A DNA stretch of 64,000 nucleotides from a virus, in IMG/VR virus record IMGVR_UViG_3300044970_001297, positions 28,789-92,788 of that record; one strand, given 5' to 3'. Made by a program: the position numbers and the translations under genes. The notes below the pieces were generated by a model that was not told where the DNA came from, made no database searches, and saw only the letters and a list, made by a program, of their open reading frames with translations. Position 1 is the stretch's first letter. The number at the start of each line of letters is the position of its first letter. Shown in pieces: positions 1 to 8,608 of this stretch.

Positions 1-370
1 CAAGCCTCTCGCCTGTTCCCTTGGCAATCTCTCTGGTTGCCAACTTGCGAATCTGAGACAAAGTACCGACACGCGCATTCACGGGTGTCTTTGCATATGC
101 AAGGCACATCTTTCCAGCGCAACGAGACATGAACTTGCCGACACGCCCAGCGAAGTCCATTACGCCCTCGCTGAGTTCCTTTGGACCACCGACGATCTCT
201 GCGCTTGGTATGGTCGCGAGTGCCGTCCTCTTGGCATCTGATTGGTTCAAAGCCTGAATCACGACCTTGCGTGGGCTTCTGCCCTTTTCACCAGGCAACC
301 TGTACCGAACAAGGTAGTTCTTCTCGTTGCTGTCCTTCTCGTCCTTGCTTGTTTCTTTCTTTTCAGCCAT
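1..370 (-). CDS. Hypothetical protein, partial (runs off left edge); probable head internal protein
   Basis: Hand-translated from ATG at 370: MAEKKETSKDEKDSNEKNYLVRYRLPGEKGRSPRKVVIQALNQSDAKRTALATIPSAEIVGGPKELSEGV..., open to position 1; co-oriented with neighbours. Confidence 0.7.
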   Translation of the reverse strand, partial: MAEKKETSKDEKDSNEKNYLVRYRLPGEKGRSPRKVVIQALNQSDAKRTALATIPSAEIVGGPKELSEGVMDFAGRVGKFMSRCAGKMCLAYAKTPVNARVGTLSQIRKLATREIAKGTGERL

Positions 371-375
371 GTGTC

Positions 376-936
376 TTATCCTAGCATTGGCCTGTCGCCA
401 TTGTTGAGTTTTGATAGGTCGATCTTTTGATTCGTTGCGGGGCGGAAGGAGTTGATTGTAGGCTCCGTCCTCTCTGGCTGTGTCGTGGGCATCCCCTGCA
501 TTGGTTGGTTTCTGAATCTTTCTCTGCCGTTCAGGACACCCTCCAGAACAGAGCCAGCCTTGGGTGTCTTCTGCTGTGGCTTCGAAGCCCTTGGCATTTC
601 ATTCACAACCTGTCTGTGCTGTGGTTCCTCTCGTCGTGCTGGTTCGTGTGTCCGAACTGAGATTGTTTCCTTCGGCACATTGAACTTGCGCTCTATTGAT
701 TCTGAAAGTTTCTTGAAAGTCGTGTTCTCTGGTAGTTTCGATGCGCCAAGACGCTTGATGCCGTCGTTTGATGTAAACTTGTATTTCATGGCTTCAAAGG
801 TTTCCCTATCCTCAAAGATGTGCAATACAGAAGTGTTGTCTGAATAAAGAGTGAACAATGTATACTTCCCCGATAGATCGGGGTCATTGCTTTCCAAAAG
901 AACGCGAGTGATGCTTGATGTTAAAGAATCGGCCAT
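376..936 (-). CDS. Hypothetical protein (head-associated array)
   Basis: ORF 376..1008 trimmed to MADSLTSSITRVLLE (GGAGG RBS and late promoter just upstream); N-terminal L-L-E site. Confidence 0.7.
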   Translation of the reverse strand: MADSLTSSITRVLLESNDPDLSGKYTLFTLYSDNTSVLHIFEDRETFEAMKYKFTSNDGIKRLGASKLPENTTFKKLSESIERKFNVPKETISVRTHEPARREEPQHRQVVNEMPRASKPQQKTPKAGSVLEGVLNGRERFRNQPMQGMPTTQPERTEPTINSFRPATNQKIDLSKLNNGDRPMLG

Positions 937-956
937 CTCAGATGAATCCTCCGATT

Positions 957-964
957 TATTTATG
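957..964 (-). promoter_or_regulatory. T4-type late promoter (CATAAATA)
   Basis: Matches the gp55-sigma consensus TATAAATA; 20 nt upstream of ATG 936. Confidence 0.6.
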
Positions 965-967
965 AAA

Positions 968-995
968 CAACAAAGGAGAGGTTTCCCTCTCCTTC
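968..995 (-). terminator. Intrinsic terminator
   Basis: AAGGAGAGG-GAAA-CCTCTCCTT hairpin then TGTTGTTT on minus strand, downstream of ORF 1024..1977. Confidence 0.65.
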
Positions 996-1023
996 GTGTG
1001 CATACCACCTTGTAGCCTAAGGT

Positions 1024-1977
1024 TTATTCGTCGCTGAGAAGAAGTGCGAGTTCGTCTGAAACCTCGCCAGTCTCTGCGAAATCAGCAAGGATCTCTGCAA
1101 GACCTTCTTCGCCATATAGTTCGATTCCCTCTGCGAGGATCGCGTCGAGGATGTCAAAATCCTCTTCCTCTGCAACCTCTTGACGAGTTGCACTGGTTCC
1201 TGTGGTTCCATAGGTTGCGCTGGAGCCAGTTGGACGACCAGAGCCTAGGTTTGTCTTGCGACTCTTTGGAGCCTTTGAGGTTGTAGTACCACCAGAACCA
1301 AATGTTCCGCTGCCCAATGCTCTTGCTAGGTCGTATCCACTCTTCATGCCAGAGAATCTACCTTGATTCCAATACTCAGCACCAGCCTCTGCAACCTCTT
1401 GACGAGTTGCATTGGTTCCTGTGGTTCCATAGGTTGCACTGGAGCCAGTTGGACGACCAGAGCCTAGGTTTGTCTTGCGACCACCCTTTGGACCCTTTCC
1501 AAGGGTGTTGCTTCCACTGAATGTCTTTCCAGCATTCAATGCCTTTGCTATGTCATATCCACTCTTCATGCCAGAGAACTCACCTGTATTCCATGATGCT
1601 TCGTCGAGGATTGCCAACGCTTCCTCAATGTCGGCTTCTGTGATCGCACCCCTCTTGGCTGCTGTTCCGACAGATGCCTTAGCAGAAGACGATCCCTTGC
1701 CACCCTTGACGCTTGTTCTGTTGGATGAGGCAAAGTTGCCGCGACCACCGCTCTTGGCAGCAGTAGTGAATGCGTTTGGACTTGGCTTTCCACCACCCAT
1801 CTGAGATGCAAGCCATTGAGCCAACTGCATGGCATTCATTGCACCACCGATTGATGAATGTCCCCATTGAATTCCAGATGTGCCAGAACCATCTGTTGCG
1901 GTTCCTGCTGTTGATGTGGAAACTGCCTCTTGGACAGATTCGATTAGTGATGCGTAGCCGTCGCGGTTGATTGCCAT
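1024..1977 (-). CDS. Gly/Ser/Thr-rich repeat protein with acidic C-terminal helix; probable prohead core/internal protein
   Basis: 317 aa; internal ~73-aa duplication; LIE, ITE, LDE, VAE sites; acidic tail DILDAILAEGIELYGEEGLAEIL. Confidence 0.75.
   Translation of the reverse strand: MAINRDGYASLIESVQEAVSTSTAGTATDGSGTSGIQWGHSSIGGAMNAMQLAQWLASQMGGGKPSPNAFTTAAKSGGRGNFASSNRTSVKGGKGSSSAKASVGTAAKRGAITEADIEEALAILDEASWNTGEFSGMKSGYDIAKALNAGKTFSGSNTLGKGPKGGRKTNLGSGRPTGSSATYGTTGTNATRQEVAEAGAEYWNQGRFSGMKSGYDLARALGSGTFGSGGTTTSKAPKSRKTNLGSGRPTGSSATYGTTGTSATRQEVAEEEDFDILDAILAEGIELYGEEGLAEILADFAETGEVSDELALLLSDE
1167..1610. repeat. Two-copy ~220-bp tandem duplication inside ORF 1024..1977
   Basis: 1167-1262 nearly identical to 1386-1481; TATCCACTCTTCATGCCAGAGAA repeated at ~1335 and ~1557. 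Confidence 0.9.
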
Positions 1978-2033
1978 GTTCTTACCTTTCGTAGTTTCGA
2001 AACTTTATGAATGTGCTGATAGGTTCTAGAATA

Positions 2034-2168
2034 TCAACACTTGTTTGAATATTTAGCATTTCTTGAATTGCAACCCTCAAGGTTCTTCTTTCGGTTCAGA
2101 CTCTTCACGAAGATCTGATGCTTGAGGTCACGGATTCTTGGTCTTGCTGGTGTCTTCACTTTTGCCAT
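2034..2168 (-). CDS. Small basic hypothetical protein (44 aa)
   Basis: Hand-translated MAKVKTPARPRIRDLKHQIFVKSLNRKKNLEGCNSRNAKYSNKC; AGGGGA RBS. Confidence 0.5.
   Translation of the reverse strand: MAKVKTPARPRIRDLKHQIFVKSLNRKKNLEGCNSRNAKYSNKC
2050..2056 (-). promoter_or_regulatory. T4-type late promoter (CTAAATA)
   Basis: Upstream of ORF starting at 1977. Confidence 0.5.
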
Positions 2169-2182
2169 GATATAGTCCCCTT

Positions 2183-3394
2183 TTACTTGGTCTTGAGTTT
2201 ACCAGTTCTCTTTAGATAGTTATAGAGTGGACGCATACCCTCTTGGTTGTTCTGTCCGAAGTCGCCGCTACGAGCGCGGTTTCTGAAATCACGCATTGCT
2301 GCCTGAGCCTCGCGCTTCTTGGAAATCTGGCTCTTTGTCATCTTTGGCTTCTTGCCCTGCAAGCGATTTGCCATTGCCTCGACCGAACCAGAACCTGTGT
2401 CTCTTGCCACTCCCCTATCGATATTCAGGTTGCGGAATGATGCGATGGCTTTGCTGCGCTGATTGGCAAGGTTTCCTGCCTTCTGAGTGTACTTTCCACT
2501 CTTGCCTATGAGACTTCCGCCACCCTTGACTGCCTCGGCAGATGCTCCACCCTTCATTGCCATTCTTGCAGCAACCTTGGATTGGAGTTCCGCTGCTGCT
2601 CTTGCGACCTTTGGATTTCCTGTGTCATATGCCTTACCTCTGAGGCGCATCAACTTCTTGTAGCCAGCCTCATCCAACTGCTCGGCTTCAGCAAGACCCT
2701 TTGCCTTCATAGCAGAGTGCTTGAGTGCGGCTCTTCCAAGAACTGCCGATGTTGCTCCACCAAACTTTTCCTTGTCCTTGTAGAACTTCTTCTTGAAGGA
2801 ACGCTGCATGAAGTCTGCGACTTCGCCTTTGATGGGCTTCCCTGAAACATTGTGCTTGCGAATGATTCGCATACGCTTTGCACTGACTCCCTCTGCAAGC
2901 CCAACATCTTCTTTGGTTAGAATAGCGGTAGCACGCTTGACTCCGCGCTTTCTATTTTTCATCTTTCGTTCTGCTTCATCTGAAAGGCCCGATCCCACCA
3001 TCTGGTTGTAAGCAGACAACTCACCATAATCTTTCATTGACTTGTTGATGTAGGAACCAAGAGTCTTCTTGTTCAACTCGTCCAGTTCTTCAACTTCCTC
3101 ATTCACACCCAACTCCTTCTCCTTCTTGGCAAGGTTCCAGGATCGTGCATACATGACTTCCTTCCACCTCTTGCCGTATTGCTTCTTGAAGGATGCCTTG
3201 ACCTTGGGATCGGATGCCCAATCCTCCATGCCAGGTGCTGCCTTCTCTTCGATTGTCTCCTCGCAGATCTGACGAGCCTTCTCTGTGAGGGAGTTGAGGT
3301 AGCCCTCTTGGAGAGCCTTTGCGCGGTCAGCATCCACTGGATCGACCACAGATGCGATTGTCTCGTTGAGTGCCTTGATATCTCTTGTACGCAT
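2183..3394 (-). CDS. Basic modular head internal protein / polyprotein
   Basis: 403 aa; LNE, LQE, LTE, IEE, VNE, LDE, LAE sites separating K/R-rich blocks; LDELNKKTLGSYINK motif typical of T4-like head proteins. Confidence 0.75.
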   Translation of the reverse strand: MRTRDIKALNETIASVVDPVDADRAKALQEGYLNSLTEKARQICEETIEEKAAPGMEDWASDPKVKASFKKQYGKRWKEVMYARSWNLAKKEKELGVNEEVEELDELNKKTLGSYINKSMKDYGELSAYNQMVGSGLSDEAERKMKNRKRGVKRATAILTKEDVGLAEGVSAKRMRIIRKHNVSGKPIKGEVADFMQRSFKKKFYKDKEKFGGATSAVLGRAALKHSAMKAKGLAEAEQLDEAGYKKLMRLRGKAYDTGNPKVARAAAELQSKVAARMAMKGGASAEAVKGGGSLIGKSGKYTQKAGNLANQRSKAIASFRNLNIDRGVARDTGSGSVEAMANRLQGKKPKMTKSQISKKREAQAAMRDFRNRARSGDFGQNNQEGMRPLYNYLKRTGKLKTK

Positions 3395-3406
3395 TTGTAT
3401 TTCCTT

Positions 3407-3655
3407 TTAGAACTTTCTACCTGTGATCATGTAATCGGTGTTGTCTTGTGGAGTGCCAAGTGTGTTCACGACGCCGCCAACCACGCGCTTCACGGCACGG
3501 CCAGCCTTCTTCAACTTGCGAAGCAACTTCTTTGCATCCTTTTCGTTTGGCTTTCTTACTTCCTGAATGTCCTCGGCGGGAACAAAGATGTTTGTATCCT
3601 TTGCCCTGCCCTGTGGAGTGATGGAGTTGAGGTGTTGTAGGAACTGATTGTTCAT
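3407..3655 (-). CDS. Small head internal protein with duplicated leader
   Basis: 82 aa; first 32 aa (MNNQFLQHLNSITPQGRAKDTNIFVPAEDIQE) nearly identical to the leader of 8609..9949. Confidence 0.75.
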   Translation of the reverse strand: MNNQFLQHLNSITPQGRAKDTNIFVPAEDIQEVRKPNEKDAKKLLRKLKKAGRAVKRVVGGVVNTLGTPQDNTDYMITGRKF

Positions 3656-3667
3656 GTTGGTTCTTTC

Positions 3668-4882
3668 TTAGTTTCGTGGAGACTTTATGCCTTGATCTCG
3701 CTTTCGCATTCCGCGAGCCATGAAATTCTGTCTTGCAGTCGTGATCTCTGCCTTGTCGTGATAACCGCCTCGCGCATGGATCGCAGGGTAACTTTTGAGT
3801 ATTTCATTGGAAGCACCACCACGGCGAAGGGTAGCGACTTTTCTTTTCAAGTCTGCTAGATCGTATTCTGGTCCGTGTCCAAACTTACGATAGGCTTTTC
3901 CTACCTTGGAGCGAGTTGCTTCATTGACTTTACGAGGAGACTTCTTGCCATCCTCCCTGCTTCTCGTTGCCTTTCTTGCAAAGCGATATGTTGCCATTGA
4001 AGCATCATGTGGATTATATGTTGGATCGCGCGGCTCATTGCGATTGAATCGCCCTTGGGCAGCAGCGGCTTTCTTCATCGTCTCTGCATCGGCACCACCG
4101 CGCTGAAGCATAGCCACCTCCCGCTTGAGTCTTGCCAAGTTCAATGCTTTGCTCTCATCAGAGCCGACCTTGTGCTTGCCATATACCTTGAGATACTTGG
4201 AGCGAGTTGCTTCCTTGAGTTGCTCCTCTGCATCCTTCTTGTTCTGCATCCAGAACTTTGCTTCTTCCTTGTCGCCCTTCTTTACTGCCTTGACGATCTC
4301 GCGTTTCGATCCCTTGATTGCCTTCTTGAGTTCACCCTTTGAGTGGACATAGGAACCCTCATCAAGATCCACATCTTCGAAGATCTTCTTGCCCTTGGCA
4401 TTTGCCTTATCCATGGCACCCTTGCTGAATCTTTCATATGCCTTGTCTGCTGCTGGTGTGGTGGGCTTGTCGGTGAAGAAGCCACGAATTGTCTGCTTTC
4501 TTGCTCCACCACGACGAAGACGGCTTGCAGACAACTTGGAAAGTTCCTTGTCATATGCATCGGCGGTTTCGCGAGAAGCCTTTCCACTCACATGTGCGCG
4601 GCGAAGCCTACGCATTCTCTTCACGCCTTCAGAGATGGACTCTTCGTTCGTCTCTTCCTGCTTCTTTTCGGCGTTCTTGTCTAAAGGAGCCTTTTTGCCC
4701 TTCTTTGCAAGCCAAGCCTTTCCAGCAGCCATGTTTTCTCTTCTAAGTTGTGCTTCTGTCTTGGAGAAAGGCACTCCTCTACGACGAGCCTCGTTCATCT
4801 CAGGATGATCGAAAAGTGTATCGGTATTCTCGTTGAGTGCCTTGGCGAGATAGAGCCTCTGCTGTAGATTTGGTGAGTTCAT
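3668..4882 (-). CDS. Basic modular head internal protein / polyprotein
   Basis: 404 aa; LNE, MNE, ISE, IFE, LDE, LKE, VNE sites; two ATRSK...LKRxVAxLxRGGA modules. Confidence 0.75.
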   Translation of the reverse strand: MNSPNLQQRLYLAKALNENTDTLFDHPEMNEARRRGVPFSKTEAQLRRENMAAGKAWLAKKGKKAPLDKNAEKKQEETNEESISEGVKRMRRLRRAHVSGKASRETADAYDKELSKLSASRLRRGGARKQTIRGFFTDKPTTPAADKAYERFSKGAMDKANAKGKKIFEDVDLDEGSYVHSKGELKKAIKGSKREIVKAVKKGDKEEAKFWMQNKKDAEEQLKEATRSKYLKVYGKHKVGSDESKALNLARLKREVAMLQRGGADAETMKKAAAAQGRFNRNEPRDPTYNPHDASMATYRFARKATRSREDGKKSPRKVNEATRSKVGKAYRKFGHGPEYDLADLKRKVATLRRGGASNEILKSYPAIHARGGYHDKAEITTARQNFMARGMRKRDQGIKSPRN

Positions 4883-4919
4883 GCTTCTTCCTTATTTGCC
4901 TATTTTAGAACGCTTCTAT

Positions 4920-4927
4920 TATTTATG
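4920..4927 (-). promoter_or_regulatory. T4-type late promoter (CATAAATA)
   Basis: Overlaps stop of upstream gene, ~40 nt before ATG 4882. Confidence 0.6.
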
Positions 4928-6317
4928 ATTTCCGCAAAGGTCGGATGACGAGCCGTGAACCAAGAACCCGCCTATGTTCAGGATCACTTTCTCTGGTCGT
5001 GGGTAAAAATGATGGAGTTCCCTTGCTCTTTGCGACTTTCGGTTCGTGTGGCAATGTATCGCTTGCCCATATGCGCTTTTCGGGAACATCATGTGCGGGA
5101 ACTTCCCCCTTCGCGGTGTGGTGGAAGACTCTACCCTTCATCTTTGGATCCTTGCGGAGCCTGTTCCACACGGATGCGCCACCAGGGCTTTGCAATCCAC
5201 TGCTCCAAAGGTTTCCCTTCTTCTTGGCAATGTGCTTGTATGCGAGTGCCGCAAGGGACTTACCGATTTTCTTTCTTGTGTGCAATCCATGAACTTCCGT
5301 ATGAATGACTTGATGCTCGTCTCCATGGGACACCGTGGACACCTCACCCGCGACATGACCAGTCTGATCATGGACGATGTAGTGAGTCTGAACCTTTGGA
5401 TCGTCCTTGTGTGTGCTTGTATGGAGTGTGTATCCCTTGGCTACTCTTCCCGATCTCTTCGTGGGATTGCCTGTTCTCTCCACGGTCTTTGCGAAGTTTC
5501 TTGCACTGAGCAATCCACCTCTCGGCTTTTCAAGGACATTTGCAATCTCAATGTCCTCCCCAATGAAATCAAGGAACGACATGTATCCTTCCTTGACGAG
5601 TGCCTTCTTCTTTGGCTTTGCTACCCGTGCCTGTTGCTTCTGTATCAGGCTAAAGTACTTCGGCTTGTTGATGTGCTTTGGCATGAGTTCATGGGCGAGT
5701 TCTGTGTCGCCAGATGCAACTGCCTTGCGAAGCCTTCCTGCCTTTGCCACGCTCATGTCTCCCTTGCGAAGCCTTGCAAGGACTTCGTGCCTTCGCATAT
5801 CTCCTTCATGCCTCTCTGCACCCATCTGATGGAAACTCACCGTTGCCTTGTGAACCTTGCCATCCTTGTCCAATATTCCACCGTACTTCTTCACATGCCC
5901 CTCTATTGCGGTCTTGACACCACCTTTTTTCATCTGATCCGATCCAAGACCGATGGTGATGTGCTTGTGTCCCTGTCTTGCGAGATGCGCCAGTTGATGG
6001 AATGGACTCACATGTTCCTTTTCGGTTGTGCGAAACTGCATTCCCTTGTGTTCCTTGGCAATGTTCCTGTGACCAGAACGAATGACGGAACGCTTTTGTC
6101 CATGCGTCAACGGATCATCTGCCGATTGCTTCGATGCGGCACCGATGCCATGGTAGAAGTGCGTATGACCCGTCGAGGCAGCATGTGCAGCGGCTTGCCT
6201 TGCCATCTCATGGTGTCCAACGGTGTATGGGCTGTAGGAGCCAGGAAGGAGGAATGCCTTGCCAGATGGCTTGGGCTTGCTTGCTTCATCAATGGGAACT
6301 ATGTGTATTGTTTTCAT
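4923..6317 (-). CDS. Cytidylyltransferase-like nucleotidyltransferase fused to C-terminal GNAT-like domain
   Basis: PGSYSPYTVGH (T/HxGH motif), DPLT, GSD and RLRKAVASGD match the T4-like phage cytidyltransferase family; C-terminal HTRKKIGKSLA...QSPGGASVW; start trimmed to MKTIH. Confidence 0.75.
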   Translation of the reverse strand: MKTIHIVPIDEASKPKPSGKAFLLPGSYSPYTVGHHEMARQAAAHAASTGHTHFYHGIGAASKQSADDPLTHGQKRSVIRSGHRNIAKEHKGMQFRTTEKEHVSPFHQLAHLARQGHKHITIGLGSDQMKKGGVKTAIEGHVKKYGGILDKDGKVHKATVSFHQMGAERHEGDMRRHEVLARLRKGDMSVAKAGRLRKAVASGDTELAHELMPKHINKPKYFSLIQKQQARVAKPKKKALVKEGYMSFLDFIGEDIEIANVLEKPRGGLLSARNFAKTVERTGNPTKRSGRVAKGYTLHTSTHKDDPKVQTHYIVHDQTGHVAGEVSTVSHGDEHQVIHTEVHGLHTRKKIGKSLAALAYKHIAKKKGNLWSSGLQSPGGASVWNRLRKDPKMKGRVFHHTAKGEVPAHDVPEKRIWASDTLPHEPKVAKSKGTPSFLPTTRESDPEHRRVLGSRLVIRPLRKS

Positions 6318-6322
6318 AATGA

Positions 6323-6329
6323 TATTTAG
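6323..6329 (-). promoter_or_regulatory. T4-type late promoter (CTAAATA)
   Basis: Immediately upstream of ATG 6317. Confidence 0.55.
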
Positions 6330-6330
6330 A

Positions 6331-6362
6331 AAAAACAAGGTGGGGGATCGTGTCCCCCACCT
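6331..6362 (-). terminator. Intrinsic terminator
   Basis: AGGTGGGGGA/TCCCCCACCT stem then TGTTTTTT on minus strand. Confidence 0.8.
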
Positions 6363-6433
6363 GTGCGTCTGACTGGGTTAGTCTTCTTCGTGTTCCGACA
6401 TATACCACCATTCGGCAGTATCGAATCCACCTA

Positions 6434-7240
6434 TCAAACCGTCCACGGTTTGATTTCGATTGGTTCCATCTTTGAATGACTTGATCGGTTTGCATTTGAC
6501 CATGCTTTTGCTTCCTTGGCAGTCTTGGCAACATGAAGTTCCTTGCTTCTCTGCCAATCATAGACTGTCCAACCTCGTTTGCCTTGCTTTTCAATGGAAT
6601 GATTTCCCTTCACCCATCTGCGATGACCTAGTCCACGGCTATGAATCCACCCATCCTTGGCTTTGCTACCGTATGCTTCTTGAATCTTCTTTCGAACCTT
6701 GAATGCGGATGGTGCTTCATGCGTCGAGGGATCTATGATCGGATCACGGGCATAGTCGCTGTGCTTTCGCGAGTCCTTGGTTCCAAGATCGTCAGACTTG
6801 AACTTTCTTCGTGCGGACTTGCTGAGATTTGCGATTGGGAACTTCACAACATGAATGTTTTCGTAGTCGCGCTCACCAACCTCATGCTTGCGGCGATTGA
6901 CTGCATGGGCTGTCTGATCCACCCAATACCCTACGCCATGATGGTTGGTCACGAATGCGTGTCCCTGCGTGTGTTCCTTCTGGCTTGGGTAGTTGGTGCG
7001 TCCCTTTGGACTTCGTGGCTTGAGTCCACCCTTGACGATCTTCGCGGCTCTTGCGGCTGTGGTCGCATGGTAGACATACTTCTGCTTTTCTGAGTTAGGC
7101 ATCTCATGGAAGTCATGTGCATACGACCAGTTCTCATTGAGTTCGTTTCCATGTCCATCATGAATGAAGTGCTTTGGATATGCACGGGCAATCATCCTGA
7201 CTGCCGTTGCCTCGACTATGAACTCCCTGTAAGTCTTCAT
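6434..7240 (-). CDS. Capsid-targeted ADP-ribosyltransferase-like protein
   Basis: N-terminus MKTYREFIVE (T4 CTS MKTYQEFIAE); YVYHATTAARAAKIVKGGLKP...HAFVT...VVKF resembles the Tpt1/DarT-type ART fold. Confidence 0.65.
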   Translation of the reverse strand: MKTYREFIVEATAVRMIARAYPKHFIHDGHGNELNENWSYAHDFHEMPNSEKQKYVYHATTAARAAKIVKGGLKPRSPKGRTNYPSQKEHTQGHAFVTNHHGVGYWVDQTAHAVNRRKHEVGERDYENIHVVKFPIANLSKSARRKFKSDDLGTKDSRKHSDYARDPIIDPSTHEAPSAFKVRKKIQEAYGSKAKDGWIHSRGLGHRRWVKGNHSIEKQGKRGWTVYDWQRSKELHVAKTAKEAKAWSNANRSSHSKMEPIEIKPWTV

Positions 7241-7243
7241 GTA

Positions 7244-7612
7244 TTATTCCTCGTAGAAGCCTTCGTTGCTTCCGCCATACAACCGAATAAGACGACCAGC
7301 GAGTGCATTGGCTTCGTCCTCGCATGGTGATCCCGTGTCTCCGTCGAGTTCATCACCACATTCATCCTGCATCTGATGGACGAGTTCGTGTGCAATGGAA
7401 CGGCAGATGTCGAATGTGGCTCTGTTGCCACTCACAACACGAATGCTCTTGTCTGCTGGACAATACGATGCCGTGGTCATGCCATTCTCACGCACCTGAA
7501 CCAAACGAACATTCGGTGTGTTTGCAAGACCAAGTTCCTGTGCGGCAAAGTCAACGAAGTTTTGAATCGTCTGCTCGTTTGCCTCTGCGATGAAACGATT
7601 GAATGACTTCAT
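7244..7612 (-). CDS. Capsid-targeted zinc metallopeptidase-like protein
   Basis: N-terminus MKSFNRFIAE; IAHELVHQMQ (HExxH) plus downstream EDEANALAG. Confidence 0.75.
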   Translation of the reverse strand: MKSFNRFIAEANEQTIQNFVDFAAQELGLANTPNVRLVQVRENGMTTASYCPADKSIRVVSGNRATFDICRSIAHELVHQMQDECGDELDGDTGSPCEDEANALAGRLIRLYGGSNEGFYEE

Positions 7613-8295
7613 TTCTTCTTTGCCTTGAGTATGAGTTGAGTTCCAAATGCCCTGGTTGCCTTGGGCGACGAATAATCGTGCATTCGGATTCCCTTGGATG
7701 CTGCCTTGCGTCTGACTCCCCCACTACCAGAAGTCCATATGTCAGCGGGATTCATCTTGGATGCCTGTCCGATGTCCTTTATGTCTCCATCCCCTTTTCT
7801 ACTAACGACCGCACGGACATGCTTCTTGGTCTTGGGATCCTTCATCAGGTGCTGCCATACTGATGCACCACCCATACTCTGTTGAATGCCGCTATGAATG
7901 GTATAGCCGTGCTTTCCATGAAGATGCTTGTATGCTGCCACGGCAAGCGAATGCCCTATCTTCTTCTTCGAATGATGCGGGTGGATGGCTAGAAATCCTA
8001 CCCGCAAGTGCTTACTCGTTTCCGGATTATCACTCACATGATCATTTTCTATGTGTCCAACCACTTTCTTGCTTTTATCGTGGGTTATGAAGAAGTCATT
8101 ACCATTGTGGTTTCGATGGATAGAATATTCTTTATGAATCTTACCAAGTTTATGCATACGAAGCGAAGGAAGGCTTCGCGCGGCTTCAATATCCGAATGG
8201 AACTCATCATGAATACCTTTCCAGTCTTTGCGGTTTAATCTACTAATATTTGGTTCTAGTTGTATGTCCTCAAGTAGTTGGCGATAGGTCTTCAT
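7609..8295 (-). CDS. Capsid-targeted GNAT-like protein
   Basis: N-terminus MKTYRQLLE; IHPHHSKKKIGHSLA...QQSMGGASVW; paralogous to C-terminus of 4923..6317. Confidence 0.65.
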   Translation of the reverse strand: MKTYRQLLEDIQLEPNISRLNRKDWKGIHDEFHSDIEAARSLPSLRMHKLGKIHKEYSIHRNHNGNDFFITHDKSKKVVGHIENDHVSDNPETSKHLRVGFLAIHPHHSKKKIGHSLAVAAYKHLHGKHGYTIHSGIQQSMGGASVWQHLMKDPKTKKHVRAVVSRKGDGDIKDIGQASKMNPADIWTSGSGGVRRKAASKGIRMHDYSSPKATRAFGTQLILKAKKK

Positions 8296-8606
8296 TTATT
8301 TCCCTTTGCCATGTGGTGTGCAGTATGCATATATGCATTATGAATGGCATCATTCATCGTCTTATGAGTTCCATGTATGGTATTTAGACCAATGTCCTTA
8401 CCATTCACACGAATGTTCCCTGCCTGATATCCCCAACCACCCATGCGACTCCATCCCTTGACCACATGACCGACGATGCCACGATGCGAGAACATGGATG
8501 TGGTGTCATTGATCTTGCGAATGTTCGCACCATGACCAGATTGCTTGATCTTCACATATCTTTCATTGGAAGATGCTTCAGTGAGAAACTGACTGAATGA
8601 CTTCAT
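8292..8606 (-). CDS. Capsid-targeted small His-rich internal protein
   Basis: N-terminus MKSFSQFLTE. Confidence 0.7.
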   Translation of the reverse strand: MKSFSQFLTEASSNERYVKIKQSGHGANIRKINDTTSMFSHRGIVGHVVKGWSRMGGWGYQAGNIRVNGKDIGLNTIHGTHKTMNDAIHNAYMHTAHHMAKGNK

Positions 8607-8608
8607 GT

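Noticed and set aside
5046-6329. 427-aa plus-strand ORF
   Set aside because: Shadow of the His-rich nucleotidyltransferase gene (CAT/CAC codons read as ATG/GTG)
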